A stretch of 64,000 nt of DNA from an uncultured Candidatus Rokubacteria bacterium. Its GTDB lineage: Bacteria > Methylomirabilota > Methylomirabilia > Rokubacteriales > CSP1-6. Location of the stretch: contig CAVXJS010000008.1 in assembly GCA_963762145.1 (NCBI GenBank), positions 72,191-136,190 of the forward strand, given 5' to 3'. This document shows positions 1-9,481 of the stretch, piece after piece (position 1 is the stretch's first letter; the number at the start of each line of letters is the position of its first letter). The notes beneath the pieces are model-generated. The model saw nothing but the letters and a program-made list of their open reading frames with translations, was not told where the DNA came from and made no database searches. The position numbers and the translations under genes were made by a program.

Positions 1-620
1 AGCCGCCGCGCGCGCTGTTCGTGCCGTTCCCCTTCGGTCACGCCCTGGGCCGGCCGAACGATCCGGATCTCCAGCACCGTGTGCTGCGCGCCGCGCTGGA
101 CCTGCTCGCCGAGCCGGCCGGCCCGGTGCTCTGCGACTTCTCCGACGACGCCGAGCCCGGCGATCAGCCGCCCGCGCCCGCCCAGGCCTCCGGCATCGCG
201 GCCGCGGCCGACGTGCCGGACGATCCCGCGCTCGAGACCGCGCAGATGCGCCAGTACCACGAGCAGTGGCTGGCCCGGAGCGGCGGGCGCACCGCCTTCG
301 GGCTCTCCGGCGTCCCGGCCACCCGTTTCCGCGGTGTGGTGCGCTTCCTCCAGGCCTTCGCGGAGGGCGAGGACACCGACATGGAGGAGCGCCCGGCCAC
401 GGTCCCGCTGCCGGGCTTCATCCGCTACTGCGCGGACGACTGGAAGGCGCTCTACTTCGAGGCGCGCCTCGCGATGAAGCCGGGCGTCACCGGCGACGAG
501 GTCGCGCGATGGTTCTGGAGCGAGACGGCGGCGGGCCAGGTGCTGCGGCGCGTGGGCAAGCGGCTGGAGGCCTCGGAAGACGCGCGCTGGAAGGCGGCCG
601 CGTTCGGGGTGGCGCGGTAG
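1..620 (+). CDS. 5'-partial GrdB/PrdB-like (glycine/proline reductase selenoprotein B-related) protein with C-terminal extension
   Basis: Frame is open from the window start and reads PPRALFVPFPFGHALGRPNDPDLQHRVLRAALDLL, the pattern of the PrdB/GrdB C-terminal region. Start lies upstream of the window. Confidence 0.6.
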   Translation, partial: PPRALFVPFPFGHALGRPNDPDLQHRVLRAALDLLAEPAGPVLCDFSDDAEPGDQPPAPAQASGIAAAADVPDDPALETAQMRQYHEQWLARSGGRTAFGLSGVPATRFRGVVRFLQAFAEGEDTDMEERPATVPLPGFIRYCADDWKALYFEARLAMKPGVTGDEVARWFWSETAAGQVLRRVGKRLEASEDARWKAAAFGVAR

Positions 621-623
621 GCT

Positions 624-658
624 CCCCTCACCCTGCCCTCTCCCCGGAGGGGAGAGGG
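624..658 (+). repeat. REP-like palindrome family A, copy 1
   Basis: CCCCTCACCCTG followed by hairpin CCCTCTCCCC-GGA-GGGGAGAGGG, between convergent genes; related copies at 3939 and 30536. Confidence 0.85.
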
Positions 659-675
659 AGAGGGCGGGAAGGGTG

Positions 676-2277
676 CTACTCGGCCAGCCACACCGTGTCG
701 AGCTGGCAGTTCAGGAAGTGGCTCGGGGTGATCGTCCAGCCGCGCACCTTGGACAGATGCGGCACGATGCGGTTCCACTGGAACGTCATGATGAAGTGCA
801 CTTCCTCGTCGTAGAGCCGCTTCTCGAAGGCGCGCAGAACCTTCTTCCGCTCCTCCGGGTCGGTGGCGCGCGACTGCCGCACGTAGAGATCGTCCATCAC
901 CGTGTCCTTGTGGCGACTGAAGTTGACCGGTGACGTGCTCATGAACCAGTGCAGATCCATGTCGGGCTCGACGATGGAGTTGCACGGGGCGTTGGTCGAC
1001 ACCTCGAAGTCGCCGCTCTTCTGCACCGACAGCCACGCCGCCGACTCCAGGCTCACCTGCTTGACGTTGAGGCCGACCTGGCGCCACTGGTCGATCAGCC
1101 AGATGCCGACCGGCTCGTAGGGCATCGGCACCGCGCGGTTGGTCAGCGTGAAGGACAGGCCCTCCTGGCCGGCCTCCTTCAGCAGCCGCCGCGCCTCCGC
1201 GCGCGCGGCGTTGATGTCGGTGCCGTAGCCGGCCAGCTTCTTGAGCTCCTCGGGCGGCGTCGCCCACGGGGTGCCGGGCACCTGGATCCCCGCCACGTCC
1301 TTCACCACCGCGATCTTGGAGAGCGCGGCCGAGCCCGCGTAGCGATCCAGCGCCAGGCTGAGCGCGCGGCGCACGCGCTTGTCCTGGAACGGCTTCTTCT
1401 CCTGGTTCATCGCCACCTGGATCGAGCAGTTCCACGGGCTCTCCTGCACCGTGATCTTGTTACCGAGGGCCTGCACGAGCGAGTCCCGCTGCGAGGGGCT
1501 GAAGCCGCGGAACTGGACCATGGCCCGCTCGCCGCGGATGGCCGCCACCTGGGCCCCCGCGTCCTGGATGAAGATCGCGCGGTAGCCGTCCAGATACGGC
1601 TTGCCCTTGTCCCAGTAGTCGGGGTTCTTCTTGCCCACCCAGTGCGAGCCGCGCACGTACTCGACGAACTTGAAGGGGCCGGTACCGTTGATGTTCTTCT
1701 CGTGCCAGCGCGGGTCCTTGGCGAGGAGCTCGGCCCGGTAGATGTAGTTCCACGGCGACGAGACGTTGGCGATGAACGACGCCTCCGGCGCCTTCAGCCG
1801 GAACACCACCGTGTCCGGGTTCGGCGCCTCGACCGACTCCACGCCCCGGTAGGCGGCCTGCCGGCTCGAGACCACGCCCTGGGGCGGGAAGATGATGTGG
1901 TCGTAGGAGGCCTTCACGTCGGCCGAGGTCATCAGCGCGCCGTCGTGGAACTTCACGCCCCGGCGCAGCTTGAAGGTGTAGACGCGCTTGTCCGGCGACA
2001 CGGTCCACGACTCCGCGAGGTCGCCGATGAACTTGGTGCCGGTCCGGTCGGTGGGATCGACCCGCATCAAGGTGTTGTAGTGCGGCCCGGTGGGGTGGAG
2101 CATCGCGAAGGTCTCTTCGCGGTGGCCGTCGAAGCTCGGCGGCTCGGCCGCGACCACGAAGACCAGCTCACCACCCGAGCGCGGCTGCTCCTGGGCGACG
2201 GCCGGCGCGGGGGCGCCGAGCGAGAGGGCGAGAACGAGACAGCCGAGGATCGCCAGTGATCGCGAGAACGGGATCAT
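676..2277 (-). CDS. ABC transporter substrate-binding protein, family 5 (peptide/nickel type)
   Basis: Signal peptide; LAESWTVSPD, LRRGVKFHDG and GTGPFKF motifs; GGAGG Shine-Dalgarno before the ATG at 2277. Confidence 0.9.
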   Translation of the reverse strand: MIPFSRSLAILGCLVLALSLGAPAPAVAQEQPRSGGELVFVVAAEPPSFDGHREETFAMLHPTGPHYNTLMRVDPTDRTGTKFIGDLAESWTVSPDKRVYTFKLRRGVKFHDGALMTSADVKASYDHIIFPPQGVVSSRQAAYRGVESVEAPNPDTVVFRLKAPEASFIANVSSPWNYIYRAELLAKDPRWHEKNINGTGPFKFVEYVRGSHWVGKKNPDYWDKGKPYLDGYRAIFIQDAGAQVAAIRGERAMVQFRGFSPSQRDSLVQALGNKITVQESPWNCSIQVAMNQEKKPFQDKRVRRALSLALDRYAGSAALSKIAVVKDVAGIQVPGTPWATPPEELKKLAGYGTDINAARAEARRLLKEAGQEGLSFTLTNRAVPMPYEPVGIWLIDQWRQVGLNVKQVSLESAAWLSVQKSGDFEVSTNAPCNSIVEPDMDLHWFMSTSPVNFSRHKDTVMDDLYVRQSRATDPEERKKVLRAFEKRLYDEEVHFIMTFQWNRIVPHLSKVRGWTITPSHFLNCQLDTVWLAE

Positions 2278-2316
2278 GTCCACCTCCGGTGGTGGGTCGG
2301 ATAAGGGTCGAGGGCG

Positions 2317-2345
2317 AGTCTACCAGATGCGGCCCGTGGTAGTCT
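2317..2345. promoter_or_regulatory. Back-to-back extended -10 elements for the divergent SBP genes
   Basis: TGGTAGACT on the minus strand (2317-2325) and TGGTAGTCT on the plus strand (2337-2345); both fit TGnTAnnnT. Confidence 0.5.
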
Positions 2346-2386
2346 CTTGGCCGTCCCACTCTCGGTGAGATGGCAGGAGGCGCCCT

Positions 2387-3937
2387 ATGACCCGTGCGCT
2401 CCGACCGCTCGTCCTTGATGCGCTGGCGCTGTGCGGGGCCCTGCTGGCCCTGTGCGCCGCCGCCCCCGCCGGGGCGCAGCCGAGCAGCACCGTCACCGTC
2501 GCGGCGCACATCACGCTGGCGACCCGCTGGCTGGATCCGGCGGAGACCGATTCCGAGATCACGCCGTTCATGATCTTCTACGCGCTCCACGACGCCCTCG
2601 TGAAGCCCATGCCCGGCGCGCTCAACTCCCCGAGCCTCGCGGAGTCGTGGAGCATGTCGAAGGACGGGCGCACGTGGGAGTTCGTGCTGCGGAAGGGCGC
2701 GCGCTTCCACAACGGCGATCCGGTCACCGCCGAGGACGTGAAGTTCTCCTTCGAGCGCTATCGGGGCGCGGCCGCGCCGATCCTGAAGGACCGGGTCCGC
2801 GACGTGCAGGTGGTGGACCCGGGCCGGGTGCGCTTCCACCTGAAGGACCCGTGGCCGGACTTCATGACCTTCTACGGCACGAGCGCCTCGGGGGCCGCCT
2901 GGATCGTGCCCAAGAAGTACTTCGAGCGGGTCGGCGAGGAGGGCTTCCGCAAGGCGCCGGTCGGGGCCGGGCCGTACAAGTTCGTGAGCTTCCAGCCCGG
3001 GATCGAGCTGACCCTCGAGGCCTTCGACGGCTACTGGCGCAAGCCCCCGAGCGTCAAGCGCCTGGTGATGCGCAGCGTCCCCGAGGAGTCCACGCGCGCC
3101 GCCGCGCTCAAGCGCGGCGAGGTGGACATCGCCTACTTCCTCAACGGCCCCATCGCGGAGGACGTCCGGCGCACCCCCGGGCTGACGCTGACCGCGATGC
3201 GCACCAACGGCGTGCTGTTCCTGATGTTCCCGGAGCAGTGGACGGCCGGCTCGCCGTGGGCGGACCGGCGCGTGCGGCTGGCCGCGAGCCTCTCGGTGGA
3301 CCGCCAGGCGATCAACGAGGCCGAGTCGCTCGGCTTCTCCGGCCCCACCGGCAACATCGTGCCCCGGCACCAGGAGTTCGCCCTGCCGATCCCGGCCGAT
3401 CCCTACGACCCGAAGCGCGCCAAGGCGCTGCTGGCCGAGGCCGGGTTCCCCAACGGCTTCGACGCGGGCGAGTTCACGCCGTTCCCGCCCTACAACTCGA
3501 TGGGCGAGGCCATCGCCAACTACTTCGGGGCGGTCGGCATCCGCACGCGCGTGCGCACGATGGAGCGCGCCGCCCTGCTCTCCGCCTGGCGCGACAAGAA
3601 GCTCCGCAATCTCTTCGTGGGCGCCACCGGCTCCGCGGGCAACGCCTCCACCCGCATCGAGGCGTTCGCCACCGCCAGGGGCGTGCTGTCCTACGGCAGC
3701 ATCCCGGAGCTCGAGACGCTCTTCACCGCGCAGCTCCAGGAGATGGACCGCAAGAAGCGCGAGGAGATGCTCCACCAGGTCCAGCGCATGATCCAGGAGC
3801 GGGTGATCTTCGCCCCGATCTGGGAGAACGGGTTCATCCGCGCCTACGGGCCGCGCATGGAGGAAGCCGCGCTGAACCTGATCCCCTCGTTCCCCTACGC
3901 GGGCCCCCTCGAGGACCTGAAGCTCAAGCCCAAGTAA
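2387..3937 (+). CDS. ABC transporter substrate-binding protein, family 5
   Basis: Signal peptide; LAESWSMSKDG, LRKGARFHNGDPVTAEDVKFS and GAGPYKF motifs; AGGAGG SD. Confidence 0.9.
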   Translation: MTRALRPLVLDALALCGALLALCAAAPAGAQPSSTVTVAAHITLATRWLDPAETDSEITPFMIFYALHDALVKPMPGALNSPSLAESWSMSKDGRTWEFVLRKGARFHNGDPVTAEDVKFSFERYRGAAAPILKDRVRDVQVVDPGRVRFHLKDPWPDFMTFYGTSASGAAWIVPKKYFERVGEEGFRKAPVGAGPYKFVSFQPGIELTLEAFDGYWRKPPSVKRLVMRSVPEESTRAAALKRGEVDIAYFLNGPIAEDVRRTPGLTLTAMRTNGVLFLMFPEQWTAGSPWADRRVRLAASLSVDRQAINEAESLGFSGPTGNIVPRHQEFALPIPADPYDPKRAKALLAEAGFPNGFDAGEFTPFPPYNSMGEAIANYFGAVGIRTRVRTMERAALLSAWRDKKLRNLFVGATGSAGNASTRIEAFATARGVLSYGSIPELETLFTAQLQEMDRKKREEMLHQVQRMIQERVIFAPIWENGFIRAYGPRMEEAALNLIPSFPYAGPLEDLKLKPK

Positions 3938-3938
3938 T

Positions 3939-3974
3939 CCCTCTCCCCCCTGGGGAGAGGACAGGGTGAGGGGG
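3939..3974 (-). repeat. REP-like palindrome family A, copy 2
   Basis: Reverse complement reads CCCCTCACCCTGT-CCTCTCCCC-AGG-GGGGAGAGG; between convergent genes. Confidence 0.85.
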
Positions 3975-3979
3975 TGGTC

Positions 3980-4927
3980 CTATTTCCCCTTCAGCTTGGG
4001 CAGGAGCTTCGCCGCCGCCTCGTCCACCTGCGCGAGCTGATCGCCCCCCGCGAAGCGCAGCGCGAGATGCCGCGCGCCCGCGTCGATCCAGCGCCCGAGC
4101 CATTCCACGCAGCCCTCGATCGGCCCCGCGTAGGTGGCCTGGCGGGCCATCATCGCGGCGGCGGGCGCCGCGTAGTAGGTCTCGAGGAACTGGTGCAGGC
4201 GCTGCTCCGCCTTCGCCTTGTCGGGATCCAGGGCGAGCGTCACGTAGGCCGCGCCCGACACCGCGTCGGCGGGCCGACCCGCCGCGCGCGCCGCGGCCTG
4301 GATGCGCGGGAAGTGCTCGGCGAAGAACGTCGCGCTCGGCCCGGTCGGGAACCACGCGTCGAAGCGCGCGGCCTCGCGGAAGGCGGTCGGGCCCCCGCCC
4401 CCGATCCAGATCGGCGGCCCCCCCGGCCGGTGCGGCCTGGGTCCGACGGTGGCGCCGTCGAGCGTGAAGTGCTTGCCGTTGAACGTGACGCCGTCGCGCG
4501 TCCAGAGCGCGCGGCAGATCTCGATCGTCTCGAGGAAGCGCCCCACCCGGCGCTCCCAGGGCACCCCGCACGCCGCGAACTCCTGGCGGATCGCCGGCGT
4601 GTCGGCCGCGATGCCGACGCCCAGGATCACGCGCCCCTCCGAGATCCGATCCACCGTGGCGATGAGATGCGCGAGCACCACCGGGTTGCGCAGCGCGGGC
4701 AGCAGCACCCCGGTGCCGAGGCGTACCCGCTTCGTGCGGGCGGCGATGGCGGCCATCAACGTGAGCGGCTCGTGGCGCGGCCGCGCGGTGATCGAGTCGC
4801 CGATCCAGACCGAGTCGAAGCCGGCCGCCTCCGCGCGCTCCGCCATCGTGAGCAGCGGCCCCGTCTCGGGGCGCCCGGACATGATCGCCTCGCGGGTGGG
4901 AATCAGCACGCCGAACTCGACGGGCAT
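3980..4927 (-). CDS. LLM-class flavin/F420-dependent oxidoreductase
   Basis: MPVEFGVLIP...AEAAGFDSVWIGD...TKRVRLGTGV...GRVILGVG...PPIWIGG; AGGAGG SD before ATG 4927. Confidence 0.9.
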   Translation of the reverse strand: MPVEFGVLIPTREAIMSGRPETGPLLTMAERAEAAGFDSVWIGDSITARPRHEPLTLMAAIAARTKRVRLGTGVLLPALRNPVVLAHLIATVDRISEGRVILGVGIAADTPAIRQEFAACGVPWERRVGRFLETIEICRALWTRDGVTFNGKHFTLDGATVGPRPHRPGGPPIWIGGGGPTAFREAARFDAWFPTGPSATFFAEHFPRIQAAARAAGRPADAVSGAAYVTLALDPDKAKAEQRLHQFLETYYAAPAAAMMARQATYAGPIEGCVEWLGRWIDAGARHLALRFAGGDQLAQVDEAAAKLLPKLKGK

Positions 4928-4929
4928 GG

Positions 4930-7900
4930 CTACCTCCTGACCAGATCCTCGACTTCGCGAATGAGGGGCGACGATTCGAGCCCCGCCCGCAGGGCGGGAT
5001 CCCGGGTCGCCGCGCGCAATGCGGTGATGATATCCCAGGCTCCGCGATAGCGCCCGAGCGCGTCCTCCCGCCGCCCCCGTGCCGCGTCGAGCCGCCCGAG
5101 GGCCACGTGGCAGAGCCAGGTCTGGCGCGGCTGGCCGATCGCCGTCGCGAGCGCGAGCGACCGCCGCAGCGCCTCCTCCGCTTCCCCCCACACCCGCCGC
5201 GCGGTGGCGCTCTCGCCCTTGAGGCGCCAGGCCCAGGTCTCGAACTTGCGCGACGCCGTCGGCACGATGAACTCGAGGCTCTCGTCGGCGTGCCGGCGGG
5301 CCCCGTCGGCGTCGCCGCGCATCAGGGCGAGCTGGCCCTGGCTCACGTGGCAGTGCATCGCATAGCGCCAGGTCATCCAGCGGGACGGCGGCGGATTCCG
5401 CACGATCGCGCTCGACTCCGCCAGCGAATCGGCCGCGCTGGCGAGATCGCCCCGGGCCATCCAGGCGTCGGCCTCGTTGTTCCGGATGAAGGCCCGGCGC
5501 TCGGCGCCGGTACTGTGGCCGGCGCGGGACGAGCGCCCGGTCGCCTCGTAGGAGCGCTCGGACAGCTCCATGCCCCGGTCGAGGTCGCCGCACTCCAGGT
5601 AGAGCCACCCGAGCGTGTTCTGGTAGCGCGGGATGAAGGAATCGTCGCCGATCCGCTCGGCCATGGTCAGGCCTTCCGTCAGGGCGGCGAGCCCGGCGTC
5701 GTACTCGCCCAGGTCGTTCCACGCCGCGCCCTGGTTCCAGAGGCAGCGCAGCAGCGGCATGACCAGGCGATGCTCGCGGGCGAGGCGAACCCCCTCGCTG
5801 GCCGCCTCGAGGCTCTCCCGGTACTCGCCCCGCCAGGCCGAGCGCAGCGCGAGCGTGTGCAGCGCGAGCACCTGCCGGCCCAGATCGCCCACCGCCCGGC
5901 CGATGGCGAGGGCACGCTCGGTGTCCTCCTTCGCGGCGTCCAGCTCTCCGCTGACCGCGTGCACGAACCCGCGGACGATGAGGCCCCCGGCCAGCGGCCG
6001 CTGGGCTCCCGCGGCCTCCGCCAGCTCGATCGCCTCGCGCGCCCGCTCCAGAGCTCCCGGGAAGTCCTCCGCCCACTGGAGCGCCGAGGCGCCCTGGATC
6101 AGCGCATTGGCCTCCGCGGGACGATCCTGTACCCTCCGGGCCAGATCCACGAGGATCTCGGCCGCCTCCCGCGAGCGCGGGAAGTCGCCCACGCCGAAGA
6201 AGAGGTCCGCCCGGGCGGAGTGGATGGCCATGAGCGTCGTCGCGGGCACGCGATCTCCGAGGCTGTCCGCGGCGCGCAGCGCCTCCTCGTAGAGATCGAG
6301 GGCCTGCCGAAACCCGAAGGCCTGGGTCGCTTTCTCGGCCGCGCGGATCAGGTAGGTGAGGGCGCGCTCGGGATCGTCGGTGCGCGAGAAGTGATGCGCG
6401 AGGACCTCGAAGTGCTCGGGGAGGCGATCAGGGTAGAGCTCCTCGATGGCCGTGCCGACGAGGCGGTGGAGCTCGCGGCGCCGCTGGACGAGCAGGGAGG
6501 CGTAGGCCACGTCCTGGGTCAGCGCGTGCTTGAAGCCATAGGCCAGCTCGGGAAACCGGCGCCGCTCGTGGATCAGCTCGAGCGCGCTCAGCTCTCGCAG
6601 GGCGCCGTCGGTGCCCTCGCCGACCTGGGACACACGATCGACCAGGCGCCGGCTGAACTCGCGCCCGATCACCGACGCGAGCTGGAGCGTGATCTTGGGC
6701 GCCTCGGCGAGCCGGTCGACCCGCGCGGCGATCACGTCCTGGATGCGGTCCGGCACCGTGATCTGCGAGAGGGGCCGGGTCAGCGTCAGCCGGCCGTCCA
6801 CCGTCTGGAGGGCCCCGGTCTCCTCGAGGGCACGGACCAGCTCCTCGATGTAGAACGGGTTGCCCTCGGCCTTGTCCGCGACGAGGCTCCGGAGCTCCCC
6901 GGGTAGCGCGCCGACCGCCAGCACCGCCTGGGCGATGCGCGCGCTCTCCTCCGAGGACAGCGCGGCCGGCACCACGCGCGTGAAGTAGCTCCGCTCGCCG
7001 AACGGGCTCGCGTAGCCCGGGCGGTAGGTGAACACGAGCAGCGCGCGCAGCGCGGGCACGCTCTCGGTCAGGGTCGTGAGGAACTGCTCGCTCACCCCGT
7101 CGATCCAGTGCAGGTCCTCGATCACCACCACCTGCGGCCGCGCCTCCGCGCTGCGCACGAGCATGCCCCGCAGCGCCTCGACGGTCTCGGCGCGCCGCTG
7201 CGCGGGCGGCATCGCCTCCACGTCGGCGCTCCCCGGGTCGATGGACAGGAGCGCGCGGAGATAGGGCGCCGCCGGCGCAAGCTCCGGATCGATCGCGGCG
7301 AGGCCCCGCTCGACCTTTGCGGCGATCGCCGCCTCCGTGTCCCCATCCTCGATGCCGAGCAGCCGCCGGAGCAGGTCGATCAGCGGGTGGAACGGCATGG
7401 CCCGGCCGAAGGACAGGCAGTGCCCCTCGTGCCACGCGGCCTCGCCGCCGATCCGCCGGCGCAGCTCTGCGAGCAGGCGCGACTTGCCCATGCCCGCGTC
7501 CGCCACGAGGAACGCCACCTGCCCCTGCCCGCCGCGGGCGCGCTCGAAGGCCTCGAGCAGGAGTCCCAGCTCCCGCTCCCGTCCCACGAACGGCGTGAGC
7601 CCGCCCTCGGCCGAGACCTCGAGCCGCGTGCGGGTCTCGCGGGCGGTCAGCACTTCCCACGCGGTCACCGGCTCGGCCTTCCCCTTGACCGCCAGCTCCC
7701 CGAGCGACCGCGTCTCGAAGAAGCCGCGCACGAGGCGGTGGGTCGCGTCCGAGATCGTCACGTGCCCGGGCTCCCCCGCCTGCTGCATGCGCGCGGCCAC
7801 GTTGGTGGCGTCGCCGACCGCGGTGTAGTCCATGCGGAGGTCGCTGCCGATGCTGCCCACCACCACGAGCCCGGTGTTGAGCCCCTGACGGGCGCGAAAG

Positions 7901-8496
7901 CGAATGCCGCGCGGGAGCAGCTCCGCCTGGTACGCCTGAAGGGCCCGCGCGATGCCCAGCGCGGCGTGCACCGCGCGCACCGCGTGGTCCTCGTGCGCGA
8001 TCGGCGCCCCGAAGATCGCCATGATGCCGTCGCCCAGGAACTGGTTGACCGTGCCCTCGTAGCGGTGCACCTCGGCCAGCATCAGGTCGAAGGCGCGGCT
8101 CATCAGCCGGTGGACCTCCTCCGGATCGAGCCCTTCGGAGAGCGACGTGAAGCCGGCCACGTCGACGAACAGCACCGTCACCTGCTTGCGCTCGCCCTGG
8201 AGCGCGCCCGCGCTGGTGAGGATCTTCTCGGCGAGGTGCCGCGGGGTGTAGGCCCGCGGCGGTGCGGACGTGACGGCAGGCGGTGGGACGGCGGGCGATG
8301 GGACGGCGGGCGGGCGGATCGCCGGCGGTACGACGGGGGCCGGCGCGCCGAGGGCCGCCCCGCACTGATGACAGAAGCGGTTGCCTGGCGGGTTGGGCGC
8401 CTGGCACGCGGGACAGGCCGCGACCAGACGGCTCCCGCATCCGCCGCAGAACTGCGCGCCGGCCGGGTTCGCCTGGCCGCAGCCGGCGCAGGTCAC
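4930..8496 (-). CDS. Double zinc ribbon + class III nucleotidyl cyclase + STAND/AAA ATPase + TPR protein
   Basis: Four N-terminal CxxC pairs; GERKQVTVLFVDVAGFT, GDGIMA and NVAARM cyclase motifs; ADAGMGKS Walker A; VVIEDLHW Walker B; GNPFY motif; helical TPR-like C-terminus. Confidence 0.9.
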   Translation of the reverse strand: MTCAGCGQANPAGAQFCGGCGSRLVAACPACQAPNPPGNRFCHQCGAALGAPAPVVPPAIRPPAVPSPAVPPPAVTSAPPRAYTPRHLAEKILTSAGALQGERKQVTVLFVDVAGFTSLSEGLDPEEVHRLMSRAFDLMLAEVHRYEGTVNQFLGDGIMAIFGAPIAHEDHAVRAVHAALGIARALQAYQAELLPRGIRFRARQGLNTGLVVVGSIGSDLRMDYTAVGDATNVAARMQQAGEPGHVTISDATHRLVRGFFETRSLGELAVKGKAEPVTAWEVLTARETRTRLEVSAEGGLTPFVGRERELGLLLEAFERARGGQGQVAFLVADAGMGKSRLLAELRRRIGGEAAWHEGHCLSFGRAMPFHPLIDLLRRLLGIEDGDTEAAIAAKVERGLAAIDPELAPAAPYLRALLSIDPGSADVEAMPPAQRRAETVEALRGMLVRSAEARPQVVVIEDLHWIDGVSEQFLTTLTESVPALRALLVFTYRPGYASPFGERSYFTRVVPAALSSEESARIAQAVLAVGALPGELRSLVADKAEGNPFYIEELVRALEETGALQTVDGRLTLTRPLSQITVPDRIQDVIAARVDRLAEAPKITLQLASVIGREFSRRLVDRVSQVGEGTDGALRELSALELIHERRRFPELAYGFKHALTQDVAYASLLVQRRRELHRLVGTAIEELYPDRLPEHFEVLAHHFSRTDDPERALTYLIRAAEKATQAFGFRQALDLYEEALRAADSLGDRVPATTLMAIHSARADLFFGVGDFPRSREAAEILVDLARRVQDRPAEANALIQGASALQWAEDFPGALERAREAIELAEAAGAQRPLAGGLIVRGFVHAVSGELDAAKEDTERALAIGRAVGDLGRQVLALHTLALRSAWRGEYRESLEAASEGVRLAREHRLVMPLLRCLWNQGAAWNDLGEYDAGLAALTEGLTMAERIGDDSFIPRYQNTLGWLYLECGDLDRGMELSERSYEATGRSSRAGHSTGAERRAFIRNNEADAWMARGDLASAADSLAESSAIVRNPPPSRWMTWRYAMHCHVSQGQLALMRGDADGARRHADESLEFIVPTASRKFETWAWRLKGESATARRVWGEAEEALRRSLALATAIGQPRQTWLCHVALGRLDAARGRREDALGRYRGAWDIITALRAATRDPALRAGLESSPLIREVEDLVRR
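8270..8314. repeat. Three imperfect 15-bp tandem repeats encoding a Pro-rich linker
   Basis: gtgacggcaggcggt / gggacggcgggcgat / gggacggcgggcggg, encoding PPAVPSPAVPPPAVT. Confidence 0.7.
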
Positions 8497-8499
8497 GCG

Positions 8500-9471
8500 C
8501 TAGGCGGCTTCCCGCCAGGCCCCGGCCTGGTCCAGCGCGGCGGTCTGCTCGGCGTCGAGGGTGAGTTCGATCGCGCCCACCAGCTCCTTGAGCTGCGCCA
8601 CCGAGGTGGCGCTCGCGATCGGCGCGGTGATGCCGGGCCGGTGGGCGAGCCACGAGAGCGAGACCTGCGCGGGCGTGGCGCTCGTCGCCGCCGCGACCTT
8701 CTCGACCGCGGCGAGCACGCGGAAGCCCCGCTCGTTCATGTAGGTCCTCTCCACGCCGCCGGCGCGCGCGGTCTTGGGCAGCGGCTCGCCCGAGCGGTAC
8801 TTGCCGGAGAGGAACCCGCTGGCCAGCGAGGAGTACGGGATCACGCCGACCTCCTGCTCGCGGCAGAGGGGCTCGAGCTCGCGCTCGTACTCATCGCGGA
8901 TCACCAGGTTGTACTTGGGCTGCAGGCACTCGTAGCGCACGGTGGAGGCCCGGTCGGCCTCCCAGAGCGCGCGCGTGAGACGCCACGCCGGATAGTTCGA
9001 CGCGCCGATGTAACGCACCTTGCCCTGGCGCACGAGGTCGTCGAAGGCGCGGAGCGACTCCGCGAGCGGGGTCTCCTGGTCGTCCCAGTGGGCCTGATAG
9101 AGGTCGATGTAGTCGGTCTGCAGCCGCCGCAGCGAGGCCTCCACGCCCTCCACGATGTGCGCGCGCGAGAGCCCCTTGTCGTTCGGCCCGGGGCCCATCG
9201 GCCCGCACACCTTGGTGGCGATCAGCACGGAGGCCCGGTTCTTGCGGGCGGTCATCCACTGGCCGAGCGCGGCCTCCGACTCGCCGCCCTTGTTGCCGGG
9301 CGCCCAGCGCGAGTAGACGTCGGCGGTGTCGATGAAGTTCCCGCCGGCCTCGCAGTAGGCGTCGAGCACCGCCTCGGAGGTCTTCTGGTCGGTGGTCCAC
9401 CCGAACGTGTTGCCGCCCAGGCACAGCGCGGACACCTTGAGCCCGGTGCGACCCAGCTTGCGCATCAGCAT
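8500..9471 (-). CDS. Aldo/keto reductase
   Basis: LGRTGLKVSALCLG, NFIDTADVY, SLRRLQTDYIDLYQAH and GKVRYIGASN motifs. Confidence 0.93.
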   Translation of the reverse strand: MLMRKLGRTGLKVSALCLGGNTFGWTTDQKTSEAVLDAYCEAGGNFIDTADVYSRWAPGNKGGESEAALGQWMTARKNRASVLIATKVCGPMGPGPNDKGLSRAHIVEGVEASLRRLQTDYIDLYQAHWDDQETPLAESLRAFDDLVRQGKVRYIGASNYPAWRLTRALWEADRASTVRYECLQPKYNLVIRDEYERELEPLCREQEVGVIPYSSLASGFLSGKYRSGEPLPKTARAGGVERTYMNERGFRVLAAVEKVAAATSATPAQVSLSWLAHRPGITAPIASATSVAQLKELVGAIELTLDAEQTAALDQAGAWREAA

Positions 9472-9481
9472 GACGAGTCTC

